Assembly (NCBI GenBank): GCA_963681965.1
Contig: OY820579.1
Span: forward strand, 2,272,001-2,336,000
DNA length: 64,000 bases
Direction of reading: 5' to 3'
Source: a bacterium
GTDB taxonomy: Bacteria > Electryoneota > JAOADG01
Both the position numbers and the translations under genes were made by a program. Every line of letters begins with the position of its first letter. Within the stretch, counting starts at the first letter, position 1. The notes under the pieces are model-generated. The model made no database searches. It was not told where the DNA came from and saw only the letters and a list, made by a program, of their open reading frames with translations. Positions 40,019 to 50,181 of the stretch are shown here, in pieces.

Positions 40019-41397
40019 GTCCTGTGATCATTCGCAAAAAACAGAGTTGTTGCGGTGGTGCATCCACTCACCATCCGGAAAAGGGATCGTGTTGCAACAG
40101 CACCACTGCTCCCGAACAAAAAGAAGCAAGCTGCGATTGTGACAGCCAAACCGCGAAACCCGCGAAAGAACCGTGCTGCAGCGCTTCCGCAGAATCTGCT
40201 AATACCGCAGTCACATGTGGTTGCAGCAGCGAAGCTAAAAAAACTGCCCCAGAAACCTGCGCCAGCAAAGCGACCGCCAAAGAACCGGAGTATAGCTGTG
40301 GTTGCGGTAGTTCAAGTGCTGCCACCATCGACTATGTTAGACCGAGCTTTCAGACCGGAACAATCTCGACGCCTGCCGGAGAAATTCCCCGGATTAGCAC
40401 GGAACTCACTACCTGCGATCGGTACGGCACATTCAAGGCGCGATGGGATATCAACCGCATGGCGTATGCCGTGGCACCGGGATTGTACGGTATCGGCAAT
40501 CCGACGCCGGAATCGCCGGTGTTGGTTACCGCGAATTATAAATTGACGTTCGATCGTGTCCGCAAACAACTCGCGGGACGGAATTTGTGGCTGATGGTGC
40601 TCGATTCGAAAGGGATTAATGTCTGGTGTGCCGCAGGAAAAGGGACATTCGGGACGGCAGAATTGGTGAATCGGATTACTGTGACACGACTGTCTGAAAT
40701 CGTCTCGCATCGCCGATTGATTTTGCCGCAACTGGGAGCGCCCGGTGTAAGCGGCTATCAGGTGTTCGAGCAGAGTGGTTTTCACGTCCAATTCGGTCCG
40801 GTACGATCGGAAGATCTTCCCACTTATTTGGATTCGAATTACAAAGTGACGCCGGAAATGCGCCGTGTACGGTTCGGATTGAAAGATCGGATTGTGCTCA
40901 TCCCCGTCGAATTGGTAGGTGGATTCAATCAGGCATCGCTGATTGCGATCGGTGCGATGCTGCTGGTTACTGTGTTGGCGGGATTCTTGACACCGGGAGG
41001 ATTTACTCTGCCGCATTTACTGGCGACGGCGATTCCTGCGATTTGTATTGTCCTCGGCTCATTTGTCGGTGGTTCGGTGTTGGGTCCAATTCTGTTGCCG
41101 ATTTTGCCCGGACGACGCTTCTCGATGAAAGGGGCTATCCTCGGAATGCTTATCGCGGCGGTGATCGGATTGGGTACTGGATGGATGCAAACACCGGGAG
41201 AGCATTGGGCGCAATTGGTTGCCGCCGGTTTGATTAGTGCGGCGATCACGAGCTATACGGTGCTCAATTTCACCGGATCAAGTACCTTCACGTCGCTCTC
41301 CGGTGTCTTGAAGGAGACCCGACAAGCGCTACCACTGCAGCTTGGGGCGAGTGTGACCGGTCTGGTGGTGTGGATTGTCGGAATGTGGATTGCATAA
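40015..41397 (+). CDS. hgcA: mercury methylation corrinoid protein HgcA with a Cys-rich N-terminal extension
   Basis: Cap-helix motif GINVWCAAGKGTFG, VTANYKLTFD, LPQLGAPGV, C-terminal TM region with NFTGSSTFTSLSGV. Confidence 0.93.
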   Translation: MSPVIIRKKQSCCGGASTHHPEKGSCCNSTTAPEQKEASCDCDSQTAKPAKEPCCSASAESANTAVTCGCSSEAKKTAPETCASKATAKEPEYSCGCGSSSAATIDYVRPSFQTGTISTPAGEIPRISTELTTCDRYGTFKARWDINRMAYAVAPGLYGIGNPTPESPVLVTANYKLTFDRVRKQLAGRNLWLMVLDSKGINVWCAAGKGTFGTAELVNRITVTRLSEIVSHRRLILPQLGAPGVSGYQVFEQSGFHVQFGPVRSEDLPTYLDSNYKVTPEMRRVRFGLKDRIVLIPVELVGGFNQASLIAIGAMLLVTVLAGFLTPGGFTLPHLLATAIPAICIVLGSFVGGSVLGPILLPILPGRRFSMKGAILGMLIAAVIGLGTGWMQTPGEHWAQLVAAGLISAAITSYTVLNFTGSSTFTSLSGVLKETRQALPLQLGASVTGLVVWIVGMWIA

Positions 41398-41409
41398 TCG
41401 GAGGAAATC

Positions 41410-41688
41410 ATGCGCTATCTGGAAAATGAAGTCACGTTGGAATTCAATCCCGACTTATGCAACGGTTGTGCACTCTGTGTCGCGGTATGTCCGCATGGTG
41501 TGTTTGCGATGCAGCAGAAACGGGCAGCGTTGGTCGATCGCGGTGCTTGCATGGAGTGCGGTGCCTGCGAAAAGAATTGCGAACGGCATGCAATCACGGT
41601 TCGTGCCGGTGTGGGTTGTGCTGCAGCCGTGATCAACGGGTGGTTGCGGAAATCCGAACCGACCTGCGATTGTGGTGGAGCATGCTGA
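41410..41688 (+). CDS. hgcB: mercury methylation ferredoxin HgcB
   Basis: Two CxxCxxCxxxC motifs incl. CMECGAC, GVGCA, C-terminal cysteines; directly follows hgcA. Confidence 0.93.
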   Translation: MRYLENEVTLEFNPDLCNGCALCVAVCPHGVFAMQQKRAALVDRGACMECGACEKNCERHAITVRAGVGCAAAVINGWLRKSEPTCDCGGAC

Positions 41689-41689
41689 A

Positions 41690-42530
41690 AGACGGGTGGT
41701 GGGTAGTAGGTGGTAGGTGATGGGAAAAGATGGGGATTGGGTAGTAGGTGGTAGGTGATGGGAAAAGATGGGTAGTGGAGAACTAACAGATTCCGCGTAT
41801 TTTTTTCCGTAGGGGCGTATGCCATACGCCCTTTTTTTGTAACCGCAGGCTTCAGCCTGCGTTTTCTTTTGTATCCTGAAGTAGGGGCGGGTCCCCGCGC
41901 CCGCCCGATTTAATATATCTTTTAGGTAGGGGCGGTTCGCGAACCGCCCGTATCTTGTAATAGATGTACAGCTTTGAATTTATTCCTGAGATTCTTGGGA
42001 ATAATTTTCGATTGTAAATCCAGAAACGTTTGAGCATCTTGACCGGACACGGGCGGTTCGCGAACCGCCCGTATCTTGTAATAGATGTACAGCTTTGAAT
42101 TTATTCCTGAGATTCTTGGGAATAATTTTCGATTGTAAATCCAGAAACGTTTGAGCATCTTGACCGGACACGGGCGGTTCGCGAACCGCCCCTACCAAAA
42201 AAAAGGAGTCGGAATAAATTCCGACCTACTGAAAAGATGGGTGGTAGGGAATAGGTGTTGGGTGTTGGGAAAAGATTAATGGATAAAAGATAGATTGCTT
42301 CGTCTCTTCGCTTCGGAAGTGCTGCGCACGTTCCTTCGGTTTGTTGCGAACCAGACATTTTACAAGATTCATCGGTGTTCGCTAAACCTTTCCGCTTCGC
42401 TGCCGCAAGGTTTTCCTCGCAACGACCAATCAGGATAAGATAAAAAAAAGATACAAGAACGCAGGCTCGGAGACCTGCGCCACCGAAAAGATAGGTGGTG
42501 GGGAATAGGTGGTAGGTGTTGGGAAATGAT
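41690..42530. repeat. mosaic REP array containing a 121 bp tandem duplication
   Basis: GGGCGGTTCGCGAACCGCCC at 41930, 42051, 42172 with identical intervening DNA. Confidence 0.88.
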
Positions 42531-42663
42531 AAAAAAAAAATCACAGAGGCTCTGAAATTTATCAATCGTGATGTATATTTGAAATCGATAAAACTTGATT
42601 TTCTGCTTTACCTGCAACCCGTATGAATTTGCGAACCACTCGCACCGATCCGATGAGGCAATT

Positions 42664-43905
42664 ATGAAGACGATCCGAATTATATTCATTTTGATGGCAA
42701 TCAGCGCAATCGTTTTACTTCCACACATCAGCTCTGCACTCGGATGGGTGCGACAAACATCGGTACCGGTATCGACGACACTGGCAACAGCGAAATTTGT
42801 TGATGCCGATTACGGCTGGGCAGTCGGTTTTACCGGCACCATCATTCATACCACCAATGGCGGTACCGACTGGTTGAATCAAACCAGCAACGTTTCTGTT
42901 GCATTATATGGTGTCTCGTTCACCGACCGGAATCTTGGCTGGATTTCCGGCAACAGCGGTACGATCCTGCATACCACCAACGGCGGTGCAGATTGGTCGC
43001 GTCAGACCAGCAATACGACGAATTATCTTTATGCTACATCATTCACCGATGCGAATAATGGCTGGGTAGTCGGCGATTCCGGCACGATTCTGCATACCAC
43101 CAATGGCGGCGTCAACTGGGTCAGTCAACGCACCGGCAGCACCAGTATGTTATTGGGTATTGCCGCACTGAACAGTTCCACCTGCTGGGTCGTCGGAACG
43201 AATGGCATCATTCTGCACACGACCAATGGCGGCAGCGCATGGGTGATCCAAACCAGCAACACGACCAATTGGTTGTATCGCGTCGCATTCGTCGATGAGA
43301 ACCACGGCTGGACGGTCGGTGTCAGCGGCACTATTCGCTATACTACGAATGGCGGTGCAACGTGGGGTACGCAGAATAGCGCATCGACCCGACGATTGGA
43401 AGGAGTGGCATTTATCGATGCGAATAACGGTTGGGTGACGGGCGAAGCGGGTACGATTTTACGAACGACGAATGGCGGATCGACGTGGATTACGCAAACC
43501 AGTACCACGACAAATTTGTTAAAATGCGTCACCTTTCTCGATCCCAATACCGGCTGGGCAGTGGGTGCCAGTGGCACTGTACTGCATACTACCGATGGTG
43601 GCGGTACTGCAGTCGAGGAACAGCTTATACGCTTGTTGCCGACTCAAGTAGTATTGCAACCCAGCTATCCGAATCCATTTAACAATTCGACGACGATCGC
43701 CTATTCGTTGCCGGTTTCCACCACGGTGTTATTGACTGTGTACGATCAGACGGGACGGACAATCCGCACGTTGGATAACGGAAATCGGAATCCCGGCGAG
43801 TACCGGTTTGCGTTCAGTGGTGCCGGATTGGCGTCGGGTTCGTATTATGTGCGATTGCAGGCGGGTGCAATTGTGCAAACGCAGAAAATAATTCTCGTGA
43901 AGTAA
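42664..43905 (+). CDS. YCF48/BNR-repeat protein with T9SS-type C-terminal domain
   Basis: GTILHTTNGG..W repeats; YPNPFN C-terminal domain; signal peptide. Confidence 0.88.
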   Translation: MKTIRIIFILMAISAIVLLPHISSALGWVRQTSVPVSTTLATAKFVDADYGWAVGFTGTIIHTTNGGTDWLNQTSNVSVALYGVSFTDRNLGWISGNSGTILHTTNGGADWSRQTSNTTNYLYATSFTDANNGWVVGDSGTILHTTNGGVNWVSQRTGSTSMLLGIAALNSSTCWVVGTNGIILHTTNGGSAWVIQTSNTTNWLYRVAFVDENHGWTVGVSGTIRYTTNGGATWGTQNSASTRRLEGVAFIDANNGWVTGEAGTILRTTNGGSTWITQTSTTTNLLKCVTFLDPNTGWAVGASGTVLHTTDGGGTAVEEQLIRLLPTQVVLQPSYPNPFNNSTTIAYSLPVSTTVLLTVYDQTGRTIRTLDNGNRNPGEYRFAFSGAGLASGSYYVRLQAGAIVQTQKIILVK

Positions 43906-43920
43906 TTCATGATATGAAGT

Positions 43921-44640
43921 AGTAGGGGCGGTTCTCTGCGACCGCCCTTTTTTTATTTCGTAGGGGCGAACCACGAAGTGCTTGCCGAAGGCAAACGATA
44001 AAAAGATACAAGATCGGGGGCATGCGGGGATGCCCCCCTACTAAAAAAGAAAGAGTCGGAATAAATTCCGACTCACGGAAAAGATGGGTGATGGGGGATA
44101 GGTGTCGGGTGATGGGAAAAGATAAAAACAGATACAAGAACGGGCGGTTCTCTGCGACCGCCATTTTTTTTATTTCGTAGGGGCGAACCACGAAGTGCTC
44201 GCCGAAGGCAACCGATAAAAAGATACAAGATCGGGGGCATGCGGGGATGCCCCCCTACTAAAAAAGAAAGAGTCGGAATAAATTCCGCCCCACGGAAAAG
44301 ATGGGTGATGGGGGATAGGTGTCGGGTGATGGGAAAAGATAATAACAGATACAAGAACGGGCGGTTCTCTGCGACCGCCATTTTTTTTATTTCGTAGGGG
44401 CGAACCACGAAGTGCTCACCGAAGGCAAACGATAAAAAGATACAAGATCGGGGGCATGCGGGGATGCCCCCCTACTAAAAAAGAAAGAGTCGGAATAAAT
44501 TCCGACCCACGGAAAAGATGGGTGATGGGGGATAGGTGTCGGGTGATGGGAAAAGATAAAAACAGATACAAGATCGGGCGGTTCGCGAACCGCCCCTACT
44601 AAAAAAATGAGTCGGAATAAATTCCGCCCCACGGAAAAGA
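43921..44640. repeat. mosaic REP array, about 217 bp unit repeated about 3 times
   Basis: GGGCGGTTCTCTGCGACCGCC near 43926, 44142, 44359. Confidence 0.88.
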
Positions 44641-44871
44641 AGATACTCGCCTCTGTGTGGTGCTGTTATCGGTGACTTACTAATACTATCTATCTTACCG
44701 TCGTCAATATCGATGAAATAAAAACTTACCTGTATTTTACCGGTTTATTCGAAATAATTGCCCCTAGTTAGGGTAATTGAACCTCCGACTTTTTTATAAA
44801 ACGGATCATTTTGATTGCTGGTTATTCAATTCCGGTACATATTACCGCTAATCAGACTTGTCGGAGCTTCT

Positions 44872-47025
44872 ATGAACCCCTCGTTCACTCGCAATTGGTT
44901 TGTCATTATCCTGCTTTCCCTTTCCTTTTTTACTCTCTCATTTGCACAATCGTGGATTTGGCAGAATCCGCTACCAAGCGGCAATTGTCTGCATACGGTG
45001 AAGTTCTTTGCTTCCGGTCAGGGTTGGGTTGCCGGATTGTACGGCACGATCGCTCATACCACCGATGGCGGTTTGACTTGGACCATGCAAACGAGCGGAA
45101 CCAGCCAAGGACTCAACTATCTGACCATGGTGAATGAACGCCACGGTTGGATTGTCGGTGACTCGATTCTGTTGCATACCGCCGATGGTGGCAATCATTG
45201 GGAAACAGTCACAGTCGCACCCGGATTTACAGCGAAATCGGTCGCCTTTGCCGACAGCAGTTTCGGCTGGGTGGTGGGTAACAGCGGACAAATCTACTGC
45301 ACTGCCGATGGTGGTTCGACCTGGAGTCTTCAAACCAGCAATAGTACCGCGCAACTCTATTTTGTAAGATGTATCGATCGCTCGCACTGTTGGATCGCCG
45401 GCGGTACGGCACTACTTCGCACGGTAAATGGTGGTGAGACGTGGACAACAACAACCGGCACCCGCACCCCGAGTCGATTCACATTCCTGAATGCCGATAC
45501 CGGTTGGGGCGTTGGCGCGGAAAATGAGGGTGGTTATATCTGTCTGCGCACCGTCAATGGCGGTGTTTCCTGGACGACCAACAACGGTGGTTGGTTTGCG
45601 CTCGCGAGTATCGATTTCACCGATGCGCACAACGGGTGGGTAGTCGGTGAAGCCGGTATCATCCATCATTCCACCGACGGTGGTCAATCCTGGCAGAGTC
45701 AGTCGAGTGGTGTTACGAACGGTGTCGGATTAACCGATGTCAGTTTTGTCGATTCATTGCACGGCTGGGCAACCGGTCACTATGGAATTTTGTTGCACAC
45801 TATCGATGGCGGAGCGACCTGGGGACCGATGGTTCCCAGTTTTACCGGTACACTGAACGATGTCTGTTTTGTCGATTCCAGTAACGGTTGGGCGGTCGGA
45901 ACCAACAACTCAGGCACTGCGCAATGTGCAATTCTGCATACCGCGAATGGCGGCACCAGTTGGGAGCGACAGACCGGCGGCGGCACCATGACTGGAAAAG
46001 GGGTTGCATTCATCAATCCCGATACCGGATGGGTGGTCGGTGATCACGGCGTCTATAAAACAATCAACGGCGGCGGCGATTGGGTACTTCAGACCGATCT
46101 TCAGGCGCTCAACTACAACCACATTTTCTTTTTGAATGAGCGCCATGGCTGGATGGTGGGACTGAATGGTCGGATCATGCATACCAGCGACGGTGGTGCC
46201 TCATGGTTTCTCCAGACCAATAATTATACCGGGAGTATCGATCGGATTGAATTCGCCGATTCGGTCAATGGCTGGCTGGCAGGATATGACAGCGGGAGCC
46301 GGAATTATTATTTGTATCATACCACGACTGGAGGTACTAATTGGTCGCTGCAGCATACCGGTACCGGATTCGCCGTATACGATTTTGCGGTGATCAGTCC
46401 GAGTGAGTGTTGGGTTGCCGGCGGTTCGGTCAATACGACGCCGCAGCATCCATTGTTGTTACACACGCTCGATGGCGGTGCGAATTGGAACGATGTGTCA
46501 CCCAATGTTTCTTACGAATTGCATGGCTTGGTCTGGTTCGACAGCAACCACGGCACGATCTGCGGCAGTAACGGCATGATCCTGACGACTACCGACGGTG
46601 GAACAATGTGGTCGAGAACTGTCGTGACAAATCAGAGCTTTACCACCATTTGCGCGACCGATCGCAATCATTCTTGGGTTGTTGGATTGAGCGGTACGAT
46701 TCTCTTTTCCGGTCGCACGTCGATGTCGGATGTGACGGAACCGGTGACCAGCAAATTGCCAAAGGAATTTGTGCTGCATCCGAATTACCCTAATCCATTT
46801 AATAGCTCGACGACGATTTCGTATTCATTGCCGATTTCGGGAAATGTCGACTTGAAGATTTTCGATCTGCAGGGGCGGGAAGTCCAGTCGGTATATTCGG
46901 GATCTACCCATGCGGGAAGTTATCGTGCCAGTTTCGATGGGAAGGGGTTGGCATCGGGGACGTATTTTGTCCGGTTGCAGATGGGTGAGGCGGTTCGGAT
47001 TCAGAAAATTGTTTTATTAAAGTAG
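44872..47025 (+). CDS. YCF48/BNR-repeat protein with T9SS-type C-terminal domain
   Basis: WIWQNPLPSGN start of mature protein; T.DGG..W repeats; YPNPFN C-terminal domain. Confidence 0.88.
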   Translation: MNPSFTRNWFVIILLSLSFFTLSFAQSWIWQNPLPSGNCLHTVKFFASGQGWVAGLYGTIAHTTDGGLTWTMQTSGTSQGLNYLTMVNERHGWIVGDSILLHTADGGNHWETVTVAPGFTAKSVAFADSSFGWVVGNSGQIYCTADGGSTWSLQTSNSTAQLYFVRCIDRSHCWIAGGTALLRTVNGGETWTTTTGTRTPSRFTFLNADTGWGVGAENEGGYICLRTVNGGVSWTTNNGGWFALASIDFTDAHNGWVVGEAGIIHHSTDGGQSWQSQSSGVTNGVGLTDVSFVDSLHGWATGHYGILLHTIDGGATWGPMVPSFTGTLNDVCFVDSSNGWAVGTNNSGTAQCAILHTANGGTSWERQTGGGTMTGKGVAFINPDTGWVVGDHGVYKTINGGGDWVLQTDLQALNYNHIFFLNERHGWMVGLNGRIMHTSDGGASWFLQTNNYTGSIDRIEFADSVNGWLAGYDSGSRNYYLYHTTTGGTNWSLQHTGTGFAVYDFAVISPSECWVAGGSVNTTPQHPLLLHTLDGGANWNDVSPNVSYELHGLVWFDSNHGTICGSNGMILTTTDGGTMWSRTVVTNQSFTTICATDRNHSWVVGLSGTILFSGRTSMSDVTEPVTSKLPKEFVLHPNYPNPFNSSTTISYSLPISGNVDLKIFDLQGREVQSVYSGSTHAGSYRASFDGKGLASGTYFVRLQMGEAVRIQKIVLLK

Positions 47026-47161
47026 GCGCGACCCTCCGCGGTCGCCCGCATCTTTTTTGGACACAAGAGGAGTCGGAATAAATTCCGACCTACGGAAAAG
47101 ATGGGTGATGGGTTGTAGATGACGGGATTAGTAGGATTGCAATGACGAAGGAGGATCGATT

Positions 47162-48568
47162 ATGAACACAGGCAACAGCAGTTACTTTCGAAACATAGTG
47201 ACGATTGTGGGTATTCTTGTTTTTGCGACAATCGGCTTTGCGCAATCGACGTATATTCACACCATACCCCACAATGATTTTTCCGAATGTTCCGATGTGG
47301 TTGAAACACCGGACGGCGGCTACTTCTTGCTCTGCATCATGCAGAATGGAATTGAGAACAATCTGATTTTGCACCGGATCAATTCAGATGGTGAATTGGT
47401 ATCGACCCACAATTACGGAATCACCGCAGTTGGAGAATTGTACCGGCAGCGGATTATCTCCGCGAATGATGGGAATTATCTCATAGCCTCGACCTATCGT
47501 GGTGAGAGTGGTTGGCTGTTGAAAATCGATTCCTCGGGGGATACGCTTTGGACCTATCGACCAACTGACAACAACTGGAGCTTTAGCGATCTCTATCAGA
47601 CGTCCGATGGATCCATTTATATCGTCGGTGGCGGAAACGGGCGACTGCAACTGCTCAAATTCAGTGCCGCCGGTACACAGCTTTGGTTCCAGACTTATCC
47701 CGGAATCAGTCACGGCGGAGGTAGTATTATTCCAGCAGTCGACAGCGGTTTTGTCATTTCCTCGTGTGTCGAGACTTCCAACTATTACGACATTAGTGTC
47801 AAGAAGGTCGATACGGCGGGAATCCAGCAATGGACAACGATCTTTGGCGATGGAAACGATCAGATCCCAACTTTTATCAAATCCGATGCGGGGTATGTGG
47901 TTGGCGGGTATAATGGTGGCGAATCGTGGAGCGGCGATAATTTTCGACTGCGTTTAAATTCCGCCGGGGATACTGTATCCTGCCAGCATTGGCAAAATTC
48001 GTTTTATCCGGCTTGCACTACACCGCTAAGCGACGGCGGTTATATCTATGGCGTTTCCGGTACCGGATCGTTTGGACTAAGTAAATTCGGAGCCAATCAG
48101 AATATTCTTTGGGAACGAACCTTTTCGATCGGTACCAACAATTATTATTTTCCGCAATTCATCGAAGAGGCATCCGATCATAGTTTGATCGTCACCGGTG
48201 TGGTGGTGTATCCCGGTGGAGATCGACACGATATACTGATTGCCCGGACCGACTCGCTCGGTTTGATCGGACAGGCTGTTGTTGGCAAAGACATTTCACT
48301 TCCGGTTTCGGTTGCGATGCTGTCAAGTTATCCCAATCCATTCAATAATGTGACCACAATTTCGTATTCGCTGCCGTCATCCGGGAATGTCGAACTCAAG
48401 ATTCTCGATCTGCAGGGGCGGGAAGTGCAGTTGGTATATTCGGGATCTACGCATGCGGGAAGTTATCGTGCCCGTTTCGATGGGAAAGGATTGGCATCGG
48501 GAACGTATTTTGTCCGGTTGCAGATTGGTGAGGCGGTTCGGATGCAGAAAATTGTTCTGTTAAAGTAG
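47162..48568 (+). CDS. secreted beta-propeller protein with T9SS-type C-terminal domain
   Basis: T.DGGY and LLKIDSSGDTLW repeats; YPNPFN C-terminal domain; RBS AGGAGG. Confidence 0.85.
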   Translation: MNTGNSSYFRNIVTIVGILVFATIGFAQSTYIHTIPHNDFSECSDVVETPDGGYFLLCIMQNGIENNLILHRINSDGELVSTHNYGITAVGELYRQRIISANDGNYLIASTYRGESGWLLKIDSSGDTLWTYRPTDNNWSFSDLYQTSDGSIYIVGGGNGRLQLLKFSAAGTQLWFQTYPGISHGGGSIIPAVDSGFVISSCVETSNYYDISVKKVDTAGIQQWTTIFGDGNDQIPTFIKSDAGYVVGGYNGGESWSGDNFRLRLNSAGDTVSCQHWQNSFYPACTTPLSDGGYIYGVSGTGSFGLSKFGANQNILWERTFSIGTNNYYFPQFIEEASDHSLIVTGVVVYPGGDRHDILIARTDSLGLIGQAVVGKDISLPVSVAMLSSYPNPFNNVTTISYSLPSSGNVELKILDLQGREVQLVYSGSTHAGSYRARFDGKGLASGTYFVRLQIGEAVRMQKIVLLK

Positions 48569-49057
48569 GGACGAACTTCAGCGGTCACCCGCTCTTACTA
48601 ATAAAGAAGGAGTCGGAATAAATTCCGACCTACGGAAAAGATGGGTGATGGGGGGTAGGTGTTGGGTGGTGGGAGAAGATAAAAAAGACACAAGAACGGG
48701 GGCATGCGGGGATGCCCCCCTACTAAAAAACAGGATGCAAGATAAATAAAGATGTAAGAATGGGTGAATGCGTTGGAATGCCTGTACCCCTTCTTTTCAC
48801 CATGAACTATGCACCAGCAACCAAGCACCCATTTCCGATAAAGGAACTAATCCGGTATTTGATTCGTATCACAACCAGGGATAAGTCTTGAATATTAATC
48901 TTAGTAATTGATTATTAAAATGTTATTAATTTGGACTTGACAAACCGCATCCGACGGTTGTACACTCTTAGTACTATCCGTATGATTTCGGATTAACCCA
49001 GAGTACATAAACTACGATTTATTCTATCGTTAAGGAGGAATTCTGCGATTTGATCAA

Positions 49058-49990
49058 TTGAAACGCCTGCGTGAACGGCTTCACATCCCCGGAAAATTCC
49101 GCATCCTCGTGATGCCGGAAGGGTCTGCGACGATGAAACAATTTACGCTCCGGTTCAAACACCTTACGTTCGGTGCAGTTGGCGGCTCGATCTTTTTTGT
49201 CATGGTCATCGCACTGACGGCGTATCTGGTGGGAACATTCGTCGCGGAAAAACGCATCTCAACCGTCATGGCTGAGCAACACGTCCTCAAGAGTCAGGTC
49301 ATCACGCTCGGTCAACGACTGAGTCTGATGAAAGATAAGATCGCCGATCTGTCGCGCTCCGATAACTTATTGCGGCAAGGTCTTGGACTGCCGACCGTTA
49401 CAAACGATGCCCGTCAAGGTGGTGTCGGTGGCGTTGTGGCACCCGAAGCAAAGGGCACCGATGCCGACTCGCTAGCACAGGAAGTCGCCGAATTGGAACG
49501 GGAAATTGCCGTCCAAAAAGAGAGCTTTGGCGAAATCCAAACCGGTTTGGCACGTCAGCAAGCGGTTGTCGATCATACCCCATCGATTCGTCCGATTATG
49601 GGTGGTTACATCGGCAGCTCCTTCGGTATGCGTCGCGATCCATTCACGGGTCAAGTGAAATCGCACGAAGGGTTGGACATCAACGCCTCGATCGGCACGC
49701 CGATCATGGCAACTGCCCCCGGTATTGTGAAGGTTGCAAAGTACTTGACGCAATACGGCAATATCATCGTAGTCGATCACCTGTACGGCTATCAGACAGT
49801 GTATGCGCACTGCTCCAGTTTGTCGGTACGGGTTGGCGATAGCGTCAAGCGCGGCGAGATTATCGGTTATGTCGGTATGACCGGACGCGCCAGCGGACCC
49901 CATGTTCATTATGAAGTCCGGATGCATACCCGACCGGTAGATCCAATGGACTTCCTGTTTGATACATTTGCCGAGGCGAAAGCCAAGTAA
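49058..49990 (+). CDS. M23 family metallopeptidase
   Basis: N-terminal TM and coiled coil; HEGLD, YAH, GPHVHYEV; TTG start is uncertain. Confidence 0.9.
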   Translation: MKRLRERLHIPGKFRILVMPEGSATMKQFTLRFKHLTFGAVGGSIFFVMVIALTAYLVGTFVAEKRISTVMAEQHVLKSQVITLGQRLSLMKDKIADLSRSDNLLRQGLGLPTVTNDARQGGVGGVVAPEAKGTDADSLAQEVAELEREIAVQKESFGEIQTGLARQQAVVDHTPSIRPIMGGYIGSSFGMRRDPFTGQVKSHEGLDINASIGTPIMATAPGIVKVAKYLTQYGNIIVVDHLYGYQTVYAHCSSLSVRVGDSVKRGEIIGYVGMTGRASGPHVHYEVRMHTRPVDPMDFLFDTFAEAKAK

Positions 49991-50012
49991 GTTTACTGCT
50001 ACACGTTTTTCG

Positions 50013-50045
50013 CGGCTCTTTCATCATTGGAAGAGCCGTTTTTTT
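50013..50045 (+). terminator. intrinsic terminator
   Basis: CGGCTCTT/AAGAGCCG stem followed by a T-run. Confidence 0.75.
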
Positions 50046-50181
50046 GGTGCATCGGTTCGGTAGGTTTTGAGCGAATTGATCGAAACATTATCTTTGCATC
50101 GGTGGTTAATCGTTTGCACTGCAGCTTCTAGAACCGTACGAACCGTATGATCAACACAATTACCTGAGCCAATCGCAACCT

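Noticed and set aside
40015-41397. CdhE/AcsC corrinoid Fe-S protein instead of HgcA
   Set aside because: Has the NVWCAAGK cap helix, C-terminal TM region and adjacent HgcB
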